A stretch of DNA of 64,000 bases. Origin: Verrucomicrobiota bacterium (GTDB lineage: Bacteria; Verrucomicrobiota; Verrucomicrobiia; Limisphaerales; CANJXF01). Below the pieces are notes generated by a model that saw only the letters and a program-made list of their open reading frames with translations, ran no database searches and was not told where the DNA came from. The DNA lies in assembly GCA_038214755.1 (NCBI GenBank), contig JBBQRQ010000006.1:26142-90141 (forward strand), in the 5' to 3' direction. Below, piece after piece: positions 36,579 to 46,097 of this stretch (its first letter is position 1; each line of letters opens with the position of its first letter). The translations under genes were made by a program, and so were the position numbers.

Positions 36579-36836
36579 TTAAAAACGAATTTTCTGAATA
36601 TTTACGATGCGTACTTCCGAGACGAATGCGTCGGGCCAAAACGTTATGAGAAAAGGTCGCGTTGCCCAAATTGAAAGAGTTCGTCCAGTGGAATCTTTGC
36701 TCTGATAGTCTGGTCGTCGGTTTGGATTATTCCTTAATTGATCAAACGCCGAGAAAAGTTTGCGTCGTTCGCCAGCGGAGACAGAAACGAAATACTGAAA
36801 TGCTGCTTCATCGAGAACCAGTTTCCAGTCCATCAC
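36579..36836 (-). CDS. RelE/ParE-like toxin
   Basis: Size, WKLVLDEAA start, LRNNP, ITFWPD...EVRIVNI; coupled to the upstream small gene. Confidence 0.6.
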   Translation of the reverse strand: MMDWKLVLDEAAFQYFVSVSAGERRKLFSAFDQLRNNPNRRPDYQSKDSTGRTLSIWATRPFLITFWPDAFVSEVRIVNIQKIRF

Positions 36837-37045
36837 AATCCTTCGGATTCCAGAGTTTCGTGAACGCGATGGACTTGTTCGAGAGTTACTTTTTTGCCCG
36901 CATCCATGCGGTTCATTCGCTCAGCCAGCATGGCTTGGTAAGCGGGATCACTCTCCTGTGCGCGATGCTGCAAATAAGCCGCCGCGAAAAACCTTTCTTC
37001 ATCGGTCAACTTGTCGATGCTGTCTTTAATTTCCGAAGTCGTCAT
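36833..37045 (-). CDS. Putative antitoxin
   Basis: MTTSEIKDSIDKLTDEER...MDAGKKVTLEQV, 4-bp overlap with the toxin-like gene. Confidence 0.6.
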   Translation of the reverse strand: MTTSEIKDSIDKLTDEERFFAAAYLQHRAQESDPAYQAMLAERMNRMDAGKKVTLEQVHRVHETLESEGL

Positions 37046-37095
37046 AAATCAAAAGTAATTTTTCCAAGCAGGTTTCGCAAGCGCAGTGTCGTCTC

Positions 37096-37242
37096 GTGGC
37101 GGCGGACGTCTCGCCTGCCGTGGAGGGCGGGCGTCTCGCCCCCCGATTGGATTGGCAGGTTTGAATGCGGCTGAAACAGTCACGCAACTCCGCCGGGCTG
37201 GAAGCCACGGCTCTACGGCAGGCAGAGGATGCCCGCCGCTAC
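37096..37242. repeat. REP-like element
   Basis: GTGGCGGCGGACGTCTCGCCTGCCGT / ACGGCAGGCAGAGGATGCCCGCCGCTAC inverted arms. Confidence 0.7.
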
Positions 37243-37246
37243 AAAA

Positions 37247-38407
37247 TTAACGATTGCCCGCAAATGATTTGGTGAAATCTTCGCCCACTGCAGCCTTCAC
37301 CACTTTTTTCTCGAACTTCGATTCAGCCATCAGTTGATTCAATTTCTTTTCGTAAGCCGCGGCGTCCAGCGGCATGTCAATCGTCTGGCCGAGCAACGAT
37401 GAATACAAAATCGCGTTGGCCAATTCCACCGACCACACGCCTTCTTCTGCCGGCGCAATCAATGGCGCGCCGTCGAGAATGGCATCGACGAAATTTTGCG
37501 CGATGTCCTCGTGTTTTCCGCCGCTGTTTTCAATTGGAATTTCCACGTTCCAGATTTCGGGTCGGGCGAAACCGGCCGTCGCTGTTTTGCTGAATAGCAA
37601 CATTGAAACTTCGTTGCGCGTGAAACTTATTTTCCCGTGTTCTACGACAATTTTCCCGCGCTCGCCCGCGATTTCCAAACGGTTCGTTCCGGGCGCTTCT
37701 CCAGTGGAAGTGATGAAGCAACCTGTCGCGCCACTCGAATATTCAAAGTAGGCCGTCACGTTGTCCTCCACTTCGATGTCGTGATAGCGGCCGAGTTGGC
37801 AGAAGCCGCGCACTTTGTTTGGCCGACCGCAAAGCCACTGCAAAATATCCAGGTTGTGCGGACATTGGTTGAGCAGCACACCGCCGCCCTCGCCCTTCCA
37901 CGTCGCGCGCCACCCGCCGCTCGCGTAATACGCCTCAGTGCGAAACCAATCCGTCACAATCCAATTCGTGCGGACAATTTTTCCAAGCTCACCATCATCA
38001 ATCAGTTTTTTGATTTTTTTCCAGCGCGATTCGGTGCGCGATTGAAACATCGCCGAGAAAATAATTTTTTTATCTTGGTGCGCGGCGATCAACCTTTCGC
38101 AATCGGCTTTGTGAACGGAAATCGGTTTCTCGACGAGGACGTGAATTCCATTTTGCAACGCATCGATCCCAATGGTCGTGTGCAGAAAATGCGGCGTGGC
38201 GATAATCACCGCGTCAACTTCTCCCGAGCGAATCATCTTCCCGGCGTCGTCAAAAGTTTTTAGCTGTTTATAATTTTCGAGATTGGCGGTAAACGCGTCG
38301 CTCACCGCGGTGAGAACGCAGCGATTGATTTTTCCTCCCAGCAAATAAGCCGCGTGATATTTGCCCATGTTGCCCAGGCCGACGATTCCGATGCGCACTT
38401 GTTTCAT
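37247..38407 (-). CDS. Gfo/Idh/MocA oxidoreductase
   Basis: IGIVGLGNMG, ATPHFLH, VLVEKP, GGGVLLNQCPHNLD; ATG at 38407. Confidence 0.93.
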   Translation of the reverse strand: MKQVRIGIVGLGNMGKYHAAYLLGGKINRCVLTAVSDAFTANLENYKQLKTFDDAGKMIRSGEVDAVIIATPHFLHTTIGIDALQNGIHVLVEKPISVHKADCERLIAAHQDKKIIFSAMFQSRTESRWKKIKKLIDDGELGKIVRTNWIVTDWFRTEAYYASGGWRATWKGEGGGVLLNQCPHNLDILQWLCGRPNKVRGFCQLGRYHDIEVEDNVTAYFEYSSGATGCFITSTGEAPGTNRLEIAGERGKIVVEHGKISFTRNEVSMLLFSKTATAGFARPEIWNVEIPIENSGGKHEDIAQNFVDAILDGAPLIAPAEEGVWSVELANAILYSSLLGQTIDMPLDAAAYEKKLNQLMAESKFEKKVVKAAVGEDFTKSFAGNR

Positions 38408-38609
38408 GTTGGATTTGAAAAATTTTGTTGGGCGAGTATCGGGCGAGCGCCAAAACCCTTTCAAGTGAATTCGCGGAGGTCTCCCTCTCGCGCATTCCCG
38501 CCTCGAAATTCGTGGGCCAGCCGCTTGCTGAACTGCGCGACGGTCTAAGCCGGAACAAGGCAGTTGGGAAATGACGCCAAGCACGCCAATGAAGTTGCTC
38601 TGACGAATA

Positions 38610-38707
38610 GGAGCGCGGAATTTATTCCGCTTCAATGTGGTTCATCGTTTGGGGTTCGAGACCTGTAGGCCGAGATTACGTTGCAGCGGAATAAATTCCG
38701 CGCTCCT
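38610..38707. repeat. REP-like doublet
   Basis: GGAGCGCGGAATTTATTCCGCT / AGCGGAATAAATTCCGCGCTCC. Confidence 0.85.
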
Positions 38708-38856
38708 GCCGCATCGCCTGTGACCCCTACTGGATGGTTACGGCTAAGGCCAAATCCCGCTTTCGTTTGTCCCTTGCCGTGGAAATTTTGGAACGTTAAT
38801 TTGTTCGCGCTTAAAACGCCTTTCGCGCCACAGAAAATTCTGGAGAAATTCACGTT

Positions 38857-40632
38857 ATGCCAAATGAAAAAATCGGCCAGCCCAACACATCAAACCAGAC
38901 CGTCATCACCTGGGTCGATCAAATGGCCGCGCTGTGTCAGCCCGCGAAAATTTTTTGGTGCGACGGTTCTGAAGAAGAAAAAAAATCTCTCACCGCAGAA
39001 GCTGTCGCCACTGGAATTTTAGTCGAGTTGAACCAGAAAAAACTTCCCGGCTGTTATTATCATCGATCTCATCCCGGCGATGTCGCGCGCGTCGAGCAAT
39101 GCACTTACATCTGCACCGACACGCGAGAGGAAGCAGGCCCGACCAACAATTGGGCCGCGCCTCGCGAGATGTATTCCAAGCTCCACAAACTTTGCTCAGG
39201 CGCGATGGCCGGAAAAACGATGTATGTCATTCCATATCTCATGGGTCCCGCCGGTTCGCCGATGACGAAAGTCGGAATCGAATTGACCGATTCCATTTAC
39301 GTCGTGTTGAGCATGAGAATCATGACGCGCATGGGAAAAATCGCCTTCGACCATCTCGGCGGGAGCGAAGATTTTAATCGCGGGCTTCATTGCATGTTGG
39401 ACTTGAGCGCGGAGAAACGGTTCATCGCGCATTTCCCGCAGGACAACGCGATCATTTCCACCGGCTCAAATTACGGCGGAAATGTTTTGCTCGGAAAAAA
39501 ATGTCTGGCGCTGCGCATCGGTTCGTATCTCGGACGCAAAGAAGGCTGGCTTGCCGAACATATGCTGATCCTCGGAGTCGAATCTCCCGCGGGCGAAAAA
39601 ACTTTCGTCGCCGCCGCCTTTCCGAGTTCGTGTGGAAAAACGAATTTCGCCATGATGATTCCCCCGCCCCATTTCAAAGGTTGGAAAGTCTGGACGGTCG
39701 GCGACGACATCGCCTGGATGAAACCGGGCGCGGATGGAAAACTCTACGCGATCAATCCCGAAGCCGGTTATTTCGGCGTCGCGCCCGGCACCAATTGGAA
39801 AACGAATCCGAATGCGATGCAGACCATTTCGCGCGACACGATTTACACCAATGTCGCGCTGACGCCCGACCTCGATGTTTGGTGGGAAGGCAAAGATGAA
39901 ACGCCGCCGCCCAAACTGACCGATTGGAAAGGAAATCCCTGGACGCCGGACTCCAAAGAAAAAGCCGCGCATCCGAACAGCCGCTTCGCCGCGCCGATGA
40001 CGAACAACCCCATGCTCGCCAAAGAAGTGAATGATCCCAATGGCGTCCCGATCAGCGCGATTATTTTTGGCGGACGCCGCAGCACGACCATTCCGCTGGT
40101 CTATTCGGCGTTCAATTGGATTCACGGAGTTTACGTGGGCGCGACGATGAGTTCTGAAACGACCGCCGCCGCCAGTGGCGCAGTCGGGCAAGTACGGCGC
40201 GATCCGATGGCGATGCTCCCCTTCTGCGGTTACAACATGGGAGAATATTTCAAGCACTGGCTCAACATGCGGAAACTCATCACCATTCCTCCGCGGATTT
40301 TTCACGTGAATTGGTTTCGCAAAGATGAGCAGGGAAAATTTCTTTGGCCCGGCTTCGGCGAAAATATGCGCGTGCTCAAATGGATTATCGAGCGATGCCG
40401 TGGTCGCGCCGCCGCCAACGAAACGCCGCTCGGCTGGGTGCCTGGTCCCGAAGATTTTGACCTCGAAGAAATGGATGGGTTCGATTCAAAACGTCTGGCC
40501 GCCGCGCAGTGCATGGATATGGAAGATTGGAAACGCGAAGCGCTCTCGCAGGACGAATTGTTCATCAAACTGTATTCGCATCTGCCGAAGGAACTGATTT
40601 TCCAACGCGAGTTGCTAGTGGCGCGTTTGTAG
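38857..40632 (+). CDS. pckG: Phosphoenolpyruvate carboxykinase (GTP)
   Basis: DVARVE, YGGNVLLGKKC, AFPSSCGKTN, VGDDIAW, AHPNSRF, DPMAMLPFCGYN, VNWFRK. Confidence 0.97.
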   Translation: MPNEKIGQPNTSNQTVITWVDQMAALCQPAKIFWCDGSEEEKKSLTAEAVATGILVELNQKKLPGCYYHRSHPGDVARVEQCTYICTDTREEAGPTNNWAAPREMYSKLHKLCSGAMAGKTMYVIPYLMGPAGSPMTKVGIELTDSIYVVLSMRIMTRMGKIAFDHLGGSEDFNRGLHCMLDLSAEKRFIAHFPQDNAIISTGSNYGGNVLLGKKCLALRIGSYLGRKEGWLAEHMLILGVESPAGEKTFVAAAFPSSCGKTNFAMMIPPPHFKGWKVWTVGDDIAWMKPGADGKLYAINPEAGYFGVAPGTNWKTNPNAMQTISRDTIYTNVALTPDLDVWWEGKDETPPPKLTDWKGNPWTPDSKEKAAHPNSRFAAPMTNNPMLAKEVNDPNGVPISAIIFGGRRSTTIPLVYSAFNWIHGVYVGATMSSETTAAASGAVGQVRRDPMAMLPFCGYNMGEYFKHWLNMRKLITIPPRIFHVNWFRKDEQGKFLWPGFGENMRVLKWIIERCRGRAAANETPLGWVPGPEDFDLEEMDGFDSKRLAAAQCMDMEDWKREALSQDELFIKLYSHLPKELIFQRELLVARL

Positions 40633-40642
40633 GCCGCAACCG

Positions 40643-41599
40643 ATGGCGATAGATTTGAGAAAAATTCTAAAATCCTTTTGCGCTGCGATTGTTTTCGGAT
40701 TGCTCTTCTCCGGCTGCGCCGTGTTCGAGCGCGTGGGGATCAAGGTTTTTTTCAAAGAGGCAACTCTGCCGACGAATCAGATTTTAAAAAATATTTCTTA
40801 CCAGAAAGGTTCCGATTCAGCGGCGCAACGCCTCGACCTTTTTCTCCCGGCAAAAACGAATTGGCCAGTCGTGATTTTTGTCCACGGAGGCGGCTGGGAT
40901 TCAGGAGACAAAAATCTTCGCGTGGGCGGCGCGGATGTTTACGGAAATATCGGACGTTATTTTGCGGCTCGCGGAGTGGGAGTTGCCGTCATCAATTATC
41001 GTTTGCAGCCGCAGGTGCAGTGGCGCGATCAAGCGACGGACGTGGCCAGCGCCGTCGCCTGGGTTCACTCACACATCGCCCAATATTCCGGAGATGCGCG
41101 CCGCATTTTTTTAATGGGACATTCTGCGGGCGCGCAACTCGCCGCGCATGTCGCGCTTCATCCGACGGAATTTTGTCTTCAACCAGGTGCCCCTCTTCCA
41201 TCGGTCGTCGGAGTTATTTCAATCAGTGGCGCGGCTCTCGATTTAAGCGATGCGCAAACTTACGCGCTGGGAGAAAAAATTTCCTACTATGAAACTCGAT
41301 TCCGCGACAGAGGTTTACACTGGAAAGAAGACGCTTCGCCGATCAATTTCATCACGCCGCGCGCTCCTCCATTTCTCGTTTTATACGCAAGCGGCGAAAG
41401 GAAACCGTTCCAACGCCAATCGCGATTATTCAACGACGCCCTGCTCACGCATGGTGGAAAAAGTAAACTGATCGTCGTTCCCGGCCAGAGCCATGCGCGC
41501 ATCGTTCTCACTCTCAGCCGCGACGACAAAATCGCCGGCCCGGCGATATTAAACTTTATTGAAACCACGCGCTCTCCGGCTCCGTCCTTTCAACAGTAA
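40643..41599 (+). CDS. Alpha/beta hydrolase (esterase), putative lipoprotein
   Basis: HGGGW, GHSAG, lipobox FSGC. Confidence 0.9.
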   Translation: MAIDLRKILKSFCAAIVFGLLFSGCAVFERVGIKVFFKEATLPTNQILKNISYQKGSDSAAQRLDLFLPAKTNWPVVIFVHGGGWDSGDKNLRVGGADVYGNIGRYFAARGVGVAVINYRLQPQVQWRDQATDVASAVAWVHSHIAQYSGDARRIFLMGHSAGAQLAAHVALHPTEFCLQPGAPLPSVVGVISISGAALDLSDAQTYALGEKISYYETRFRDRGLHWKEDASPINFITPRAPPFLVLYASGERKPFQRQSRLFNDALLTHGGKSKLIVVPGQSHARIVLTLSRDDKIAGPAILNFIETTRSPAPSFQQ

Positions 41600-41665
41600 A
41601 CCAACACCGCCTTCACCTCCGCCCTTGTTTTTGAAGGTTTAAAACGTTATGTTCGTCAAGATTTG

Positions 41666-43027
41666 ATGCATAAAAATTGGCACATTCCACGGCGGACTTT
41701 TTTGCGGGGTCTCGGCACCGCGATGGCCTTGCCGATGCTTGAAGCGATGTCGCCTGTGGCCAAACTTTTCGCGGCCAACGGCGAACCCGCCAAACAATTT
41801 CCAAAACGGATGGCGTTTATCTACGTGCCAAACGGTGCGAACATGGTGGATTGGACTCCGAAGACTCTTGGCGCAGATTTTGATTTTCCCTACATTCTCG
41901 AACCGCTCAAACCGTTTCAAAAAGATTTGCTCGTGTTGAGCGGACTGGCTCACGACAAAGCCCGCCCTCACGGTGATGGCGCAGGCGATCATGCTCGTGC
42001 ATCGGCGACTTTTCTCACCGGCTGCCAGGCGCGCAAAACTCCGGGGGTGGACATCAAGATTGGTATATCCGCCGACCAAGTTGCTGCGCAAAAAATTGGA
42101 AAGCATACTCGTTTCAGTTCACTCGAACTGGGCTGCGAAGGGAACCGGCAGGCGGGCAATTGTGATTCCGGTTACAGTTGCGCGTATCAGGCCAATCTTT
42201 CCTGGAAGTCCGAATCGACGCCGATGCCGCCGGAGATTAATCCGCGTCTGGTCTTTGAACGTCTTTTTGCCAGCAGTTTGTCCGGCGATGTTTCCGAAAA
42301 TCTAGCGCGGCGAAAACTCTACCAGAAAAGCATTCTCGATTTCGTTCTCGAAGACGCGAAACAACTTCAATCAAATCTCGGCGCCACGGACCGTCGCAAG
42401 GTGGATGAATATTTGACCGCCGTCCGCGAACTCGAAGAACGGATTGAGAAGGCGGAAAAATTTGCCACGACGTTTCCGGGGGGCGCGCGTCCCACTGGAA
42501 TTCCGGGCGGCCCTGAGGGTTTTGAAAAACATATTCGCCTCATGTACGATTTGCAGGCTGTCGCTTTCCAAACGGATTCCACTCGCATTTCCACGTTGAT
42601 GGTTGCCTACGACGGGAGCAATCGGAGTTACAAACAGATTGGGATTTCAGAGGGACATCACGATTTGTCGCATCACGGCAACGACGAAACGAAGAAAGAA
42701 AAAATCGCGAAGATAAATCATTTTCACTCGACCCAATTCGCTTACTTCCTGGAAAAATTAAAATCCATTCCCGAAGGCGCAGGCAATCTTCTGGACAACT
42801 GCATGATCGTTTACGGCAGCGGCATCGGCGATGGCAACGCGCACAATCACGATAATCTGCCGGTGCTCTTCGCGGGTCGTGGCGGCGGGACAATCCAAAC
42901 GGGCCGTCACATTCGTTTCGAAAAAGAAACGCCGATGACCAATCTCTACGTCTCCATGCTCGACCAATTGGGAGTTTCGGTCGAACGCATCGGCGACAGC
43001 ACGGGAAAGCTCAAAGAAATTTCCTGA
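41666..43027 (+). CDS. DUF1552 domain protein (Tat-like signal)
   Basis: RRTFLRGLG..MALPMLEAM, YVPNG, CDSGYSCAY, NPRLVFERLF, HHDLSHH, HNHDNLP, IGDSTG. Confidence 0.92.
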   Translation: MHKNWHIPRRTFLRGLGTAMALPMLEAMSPVAKLFAANGEPAKQFPKRMAFIYVPNGANMVDWTPKTLGADFDFPYILEPLKPFQKDLLVLSGLAHDKARPHGDGAGDHARASATFLTGCQARKTPGVDIKIGISADQVAAQKIGKHTRFSSLELGCEGNRQAGNCDSGYSCAYQANLSWKSESTPMPPEINPRLVFERLFASSLSGDVSENLARRKLYQKSILDFVLEDAKQLQSNLGATDRRKVDEYLTAVRELEERIEKAEKFATTFPGGARPTGIPGGPEGFEKHIRLMYDLQAVAFQTDSTRISTLMVAYDGSNRSYKQIGISEGHHDLSHHGNDETKKEKIAKINHFHSTQFAYFLEKLKSIPEGAGNLLDNCMIVYGSGIGDGNAHNHDNLPVLFAGRGGGTIQTGRHIRFEKETPMTNLYVSMLDQLGVSVERIGDSTGKLKEIS

Positions 43028-43038
43028 GCGGGATTATC

Positions 43039-43478
43039 GTAGCGCAGCTTTGCAAGCTGCCGTATCGCCGATTTGCAATCGGCAGGGCGTCTTTGATTGC
43101 GAGGCGTGTGCAGGTTGCAAACCCTTTTTATTACTCACATCTCAGTCCGTGTTTCTTCAATCCTGAAAGGATTGGTCTCACTCAGCCCAGCGTTGCGAGG
43201 AACGAGCTACGCTAGGGGAAGGCAAAGAAAGGTTCACCAACTCGGAACGAGTTGGATCAAATCGCGAAATTAATCCCAAACATACGGTTAATCGAATTGG
43301 ATTTCGTAGCTGGTGAGAGAGCATTTGATTCAACCTTCTCATGGTTGATGAATTGTTTGCACGCCGACCCAGCGTAGCTCGTTCCTCGCAACGCTGGGCT
43401 GAGTGATTTCAATTCCGGTTGGATTGAATAACCGCCGACGAATTGTGGGTAATGGCAAGGGTTAAAAATCTGCGCTAC
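43039..43478. repeat. REP element interrupted by a nested inverted-repeat insert
   Basis: GTAGCGCAG-family ends at 43039 and 43478; internal doublet CAGCCCAGCGTTGCGAGGAACGAGCTACGCT with its inverse. Confidence 0.8.
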
Positions 43479-44239
43479 GGAACGTGGAGCGGCATCACTT
43501 GTTTTTCTGAGAGCCAGCCCGTCCGTCGAGAGCGGTCCACGATTTCCAACCACTCATTTTTTCGATCGAGCACTTTGACTTCCGTTCCATCGCGCAACGT
43601 GAAAACACTCGGCGATTCGTCCCACGGCCCGCGACGCACCACCGCTTCAGGGACGATCACCACCGAGATCGGCATTGATTGTTGATGGAGCGCGGAGACC
43701 AAACAAACCACCAGCATCAGCGCAAGAAATCCAAGTGTTGCGCTAAGTCCGCGAAAAGAATTTTTCCAACCTGCGCGCCATTGTCGGATCGCCAAAATCA
43801 AAAACCAGAAGCTCAAGACGCTTGAAGTTAGAATCGTCCACTCGTTCAGCGTTAATATTTTAATCCACTTTTCCCAAAGGCTTTCGCCCGCTGATTTTCC
43901 TCCACCAGCCTGGTTTCGCGCAAACTGAAGGTTCGCCCGAATTTCAGGATCTCGCGGCGATAATCTTTCGGCGTTGCGGTAGGCGAGGACAGCGCGACCA
44001 AGCTGGCCGGATTTGAAATACGCGTTGCCCAAATTAAAATAGAGCGGCGCGGAAATGGATTTGCTCTGAATAATTTTTTCGTAACGACTGACCGCCTCCG
44101 AAAATTTCCCTTGTTCGTAAAGTTTATTCGCATCGTTGAATGCGCTCGCAACATCATCGGCGTTTGAGAGTCCCGCGAACAAGAAAAGAGACAAAATCCA
44201 GAGGAGAATTTCGCGAAATTTAAAAAAACGGGCCTTCAT
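43475..44239 (-). CDS. BatE-like TPR + SH3 protein
   Basis: ANKLYEQGKF, LYFNLGNAYFKSGQLGRAVLAY, TM pair, C-terminal SH3b (GTEVKVL...TGW). Confidence 0.85.
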   Translation of the reverse strand: MKARFFKFREILLWILSLFLFAGLSNADDVASAFNDANKLYEQGKFSEAVSRYEKIIQSKSISAPLYFNLGNAYFKSGQLGRAVLAYRNAERLSPRDPEIRANLQFARNQAGGGKSAGESLWEKWIKILTLNEWTILTSSVLSFWFLILAIRQWRAGWKNSFRGLSATLGFLALMLVVCLVSALHQQSMPISVVIVPEAVVRRGPWDESPSVFTLRDGTEVKVLDRKNEWLEIVDRSRRTGWLSEKQVMPLHVP

Positions 44240-45987
44240 TCTATTTTCCGCAAATAGGCAATCGCGCTCTCCACTTTTGGAATGAACGATGCCAGTTCTT
44301 CGCTCGTCCGTTGCCGGGCGTAACGAGTTTGATTGCACGCCTGAAAAAGTTCTTCCACCAGAGCCACTGTCGCGGCATCGATGCCCAATGGTTGAAATTC
44401 TTCTTTGATGACCGCCTCGGTGATCGCTGAGGCCGGCAAATCCAGTCGCTCGCCAATTTGCTCCTGGAGCAAACGAAATACTCCCGCGAAAAATTTCTCC
44501 GAATCGTTGGCCGCGGCGTGCTGAGATAAATCTTTCAAGCCGCGCGACACAATTTGCGCCACGGCGCGTTGCCTGCGCAGCCGCGGATTTTTCTCAAACG
44601 CTTCCCGGCGTTTTCGATAAACCATAGAACCAATCCAGAGCAGCGGCGCGACACTTTGTAAAACCAGGAACCACGACTGTCGCAGCGTCGGCGGGGAAAA
44701 AGTTTCCAACGCTCCAAGCTGCGGTTTGATCGGAGCGATGTCCCGCGCAGTCGGTTTTTCCGCAGTGTCAGGATTATTTGAAAACACCGTCGGCTGCGGA
44801 GTGGCCGCGGCCGGATGCACGATCAGCGGAATCGGGCCCTGCGTGAGGGTGCGATAGATTCTCTTCTCTGGATCGAAGAAGCTGAAAGAAAATTGCGGCA
44901 ATTCTTTGACCTCGGAATTTTGCGGGACAACAACTTGCTCGAAAATTTTTGTTCCTTCCAAACCAAGTGGGTCGGCGGACTCAATTTTACTCGTGGCCGG
45001 ATACGTTTTGAACTCGCGCCACTCGGTCTGAGACGGCAATGAAAGCAAATCCAGCGAGCCACGCCCGGCAATTTTTATTTTCAACGTGACCGGATCGCCT
45101 ACCGCAACGTTGGTTGGGTTGGCGCTCAACTGCATCGAAAAATTTCCAATCGCTCCATTGAACTGCGCGGGCTTGTTCGCCTCTGGCAAAGGCAACACTT
45201 GCATGGTTTGGGTTTCGCTGCGCAAAGACACCTGCCGCGTCTGAGTGAATTGCCCAAAAAAATCACGCGGGCCGGAAAATATTTTCAAGCCGCATGTCGC
45301 CGGACCGAGCGCCAGCGAGCCGACTTTGGTCGCGGCCACCGGCGTTTTGAAAACCGCGAGATTATAAATTTCATTTTCAACGCGCGTGCGGGTTTGAGTC
45401 GGCTGTTGAAAATTTCCGGTGGTAAATCCGTCGCTCTGTAGTTGGAGCGCAGACAAGTCGCGCGCCTCCTGATAATAGAGTTGGATTTCCACCGGGATCG
45501 TTTCGCTCAAATAAATTTGCGTTTTCGGAACAACCAATTTGAGGAATGCGGGAAGTTTTTGTCCGGGAGCCGTCGGCGTTTGGCCTTGCACCACCTTTAA
45601 CTTCAATGCGCGGCTCGTCAAAATTTTTGCGCCCGCTTTGATTTGCAACGCGGGAATCACAAAATCTCCGGCGGCTTGTGGGGCGAGTTCGTAGGTGTAA
45701 ATCACGCTCGAAGAAGTCGCGCCGTTGACGATTTGAAATTGGCTCGATTGCCCCATGTGGACAACGCGCAGGTTCGGAACGGCGGGTAGGTTCGGTGCTT
45801 CTTGAGACGAAACTTCCGTGAAGGTCAGCGTCAAAGTCGCCGTCTCGCCGAGGCTGATGGTAGCGCGGTCAAGACTGGCGCTGAAATTCGGCGCGCCCAA
45901 AACCGAATGGCAAATCGACAAAAACAAAACAGCCGCAAAAAGGGCACGGCTGCAAAAAAAATTTGTCCCTGAGAAATTTTTCACCAT
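44236..45987 (-). CDS. BatD-family protein
   Basis: ASLDRATISLGE, SSQFQIVNG, FNGAIGNF, VAVGDPVTL, FSFFDP. Confidence 0.85.
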   Translation of the reverse strand: MVKNFSGTNFFCSRALFAAVLFLSICHSVLGAPNFSASLDRATISLGETATLTLTFTEVSSQEAPNLPAVPNLRVVHMGQSSQFQIVNGATSSSVIYTYELAPQAAGDFVIPALQIKAGAKILTSRALKLKVVQGQTPTAPGQKLPAFLKLVVPKTQIYLSETIPVEIQLYYQEARDLSALQLQSDGFTTGNFQQPTQTRTRVENEIYNLAVFKTPVAATKVGSLALGPATCGLKIFSGPRDFFGQFTQTRQVSLRSETQTMQVLPLPEANKPAQFNGAIGNFSMQLSANPTNVAVGDPVTLKIKIAGRGSLDLLSLPSQTEWREFKTYPATSKIESADPLGLEGTKIFEQVVVPQNSEVKELPQFSFSFFDPEKRIYRTLTQGPIPLIVHPAAATPQPTVFSNNPDTAEKPTARDIAPIKPQLGALETFSPPTLRQSWFLVLQSVAPLLWIGSMVYRKRREAFEKNPRLRRQRAVAQIVSRGLKDLSQHAAANDSEKFFAGVFRLLQEQIGERLDLPASAITEAVIKEEFQPLGIDAATVALVEELFQACNQTRYARQRTSEELASFIPKVESAIAYLRKIE

Positions 45988-46097
45988 GAAACAAGACACG
46001 GAAGGTTTGCTTTTGTTCAGACGGGAGGCAAGGGATTTTGGAATTTACGATTGAGGATTTACGATTTTCGATTCAGAAAAAAATTTTCGACGGCGCG

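Noticed and set aside
38408..38635. N-terminal extensions in the ORF track (also 8414-8557, 27266-27424, 27590-27736, 48942-49172)
   Set aside because: They run through REP or intergenic sequence; downstream starts fit the protein families better.
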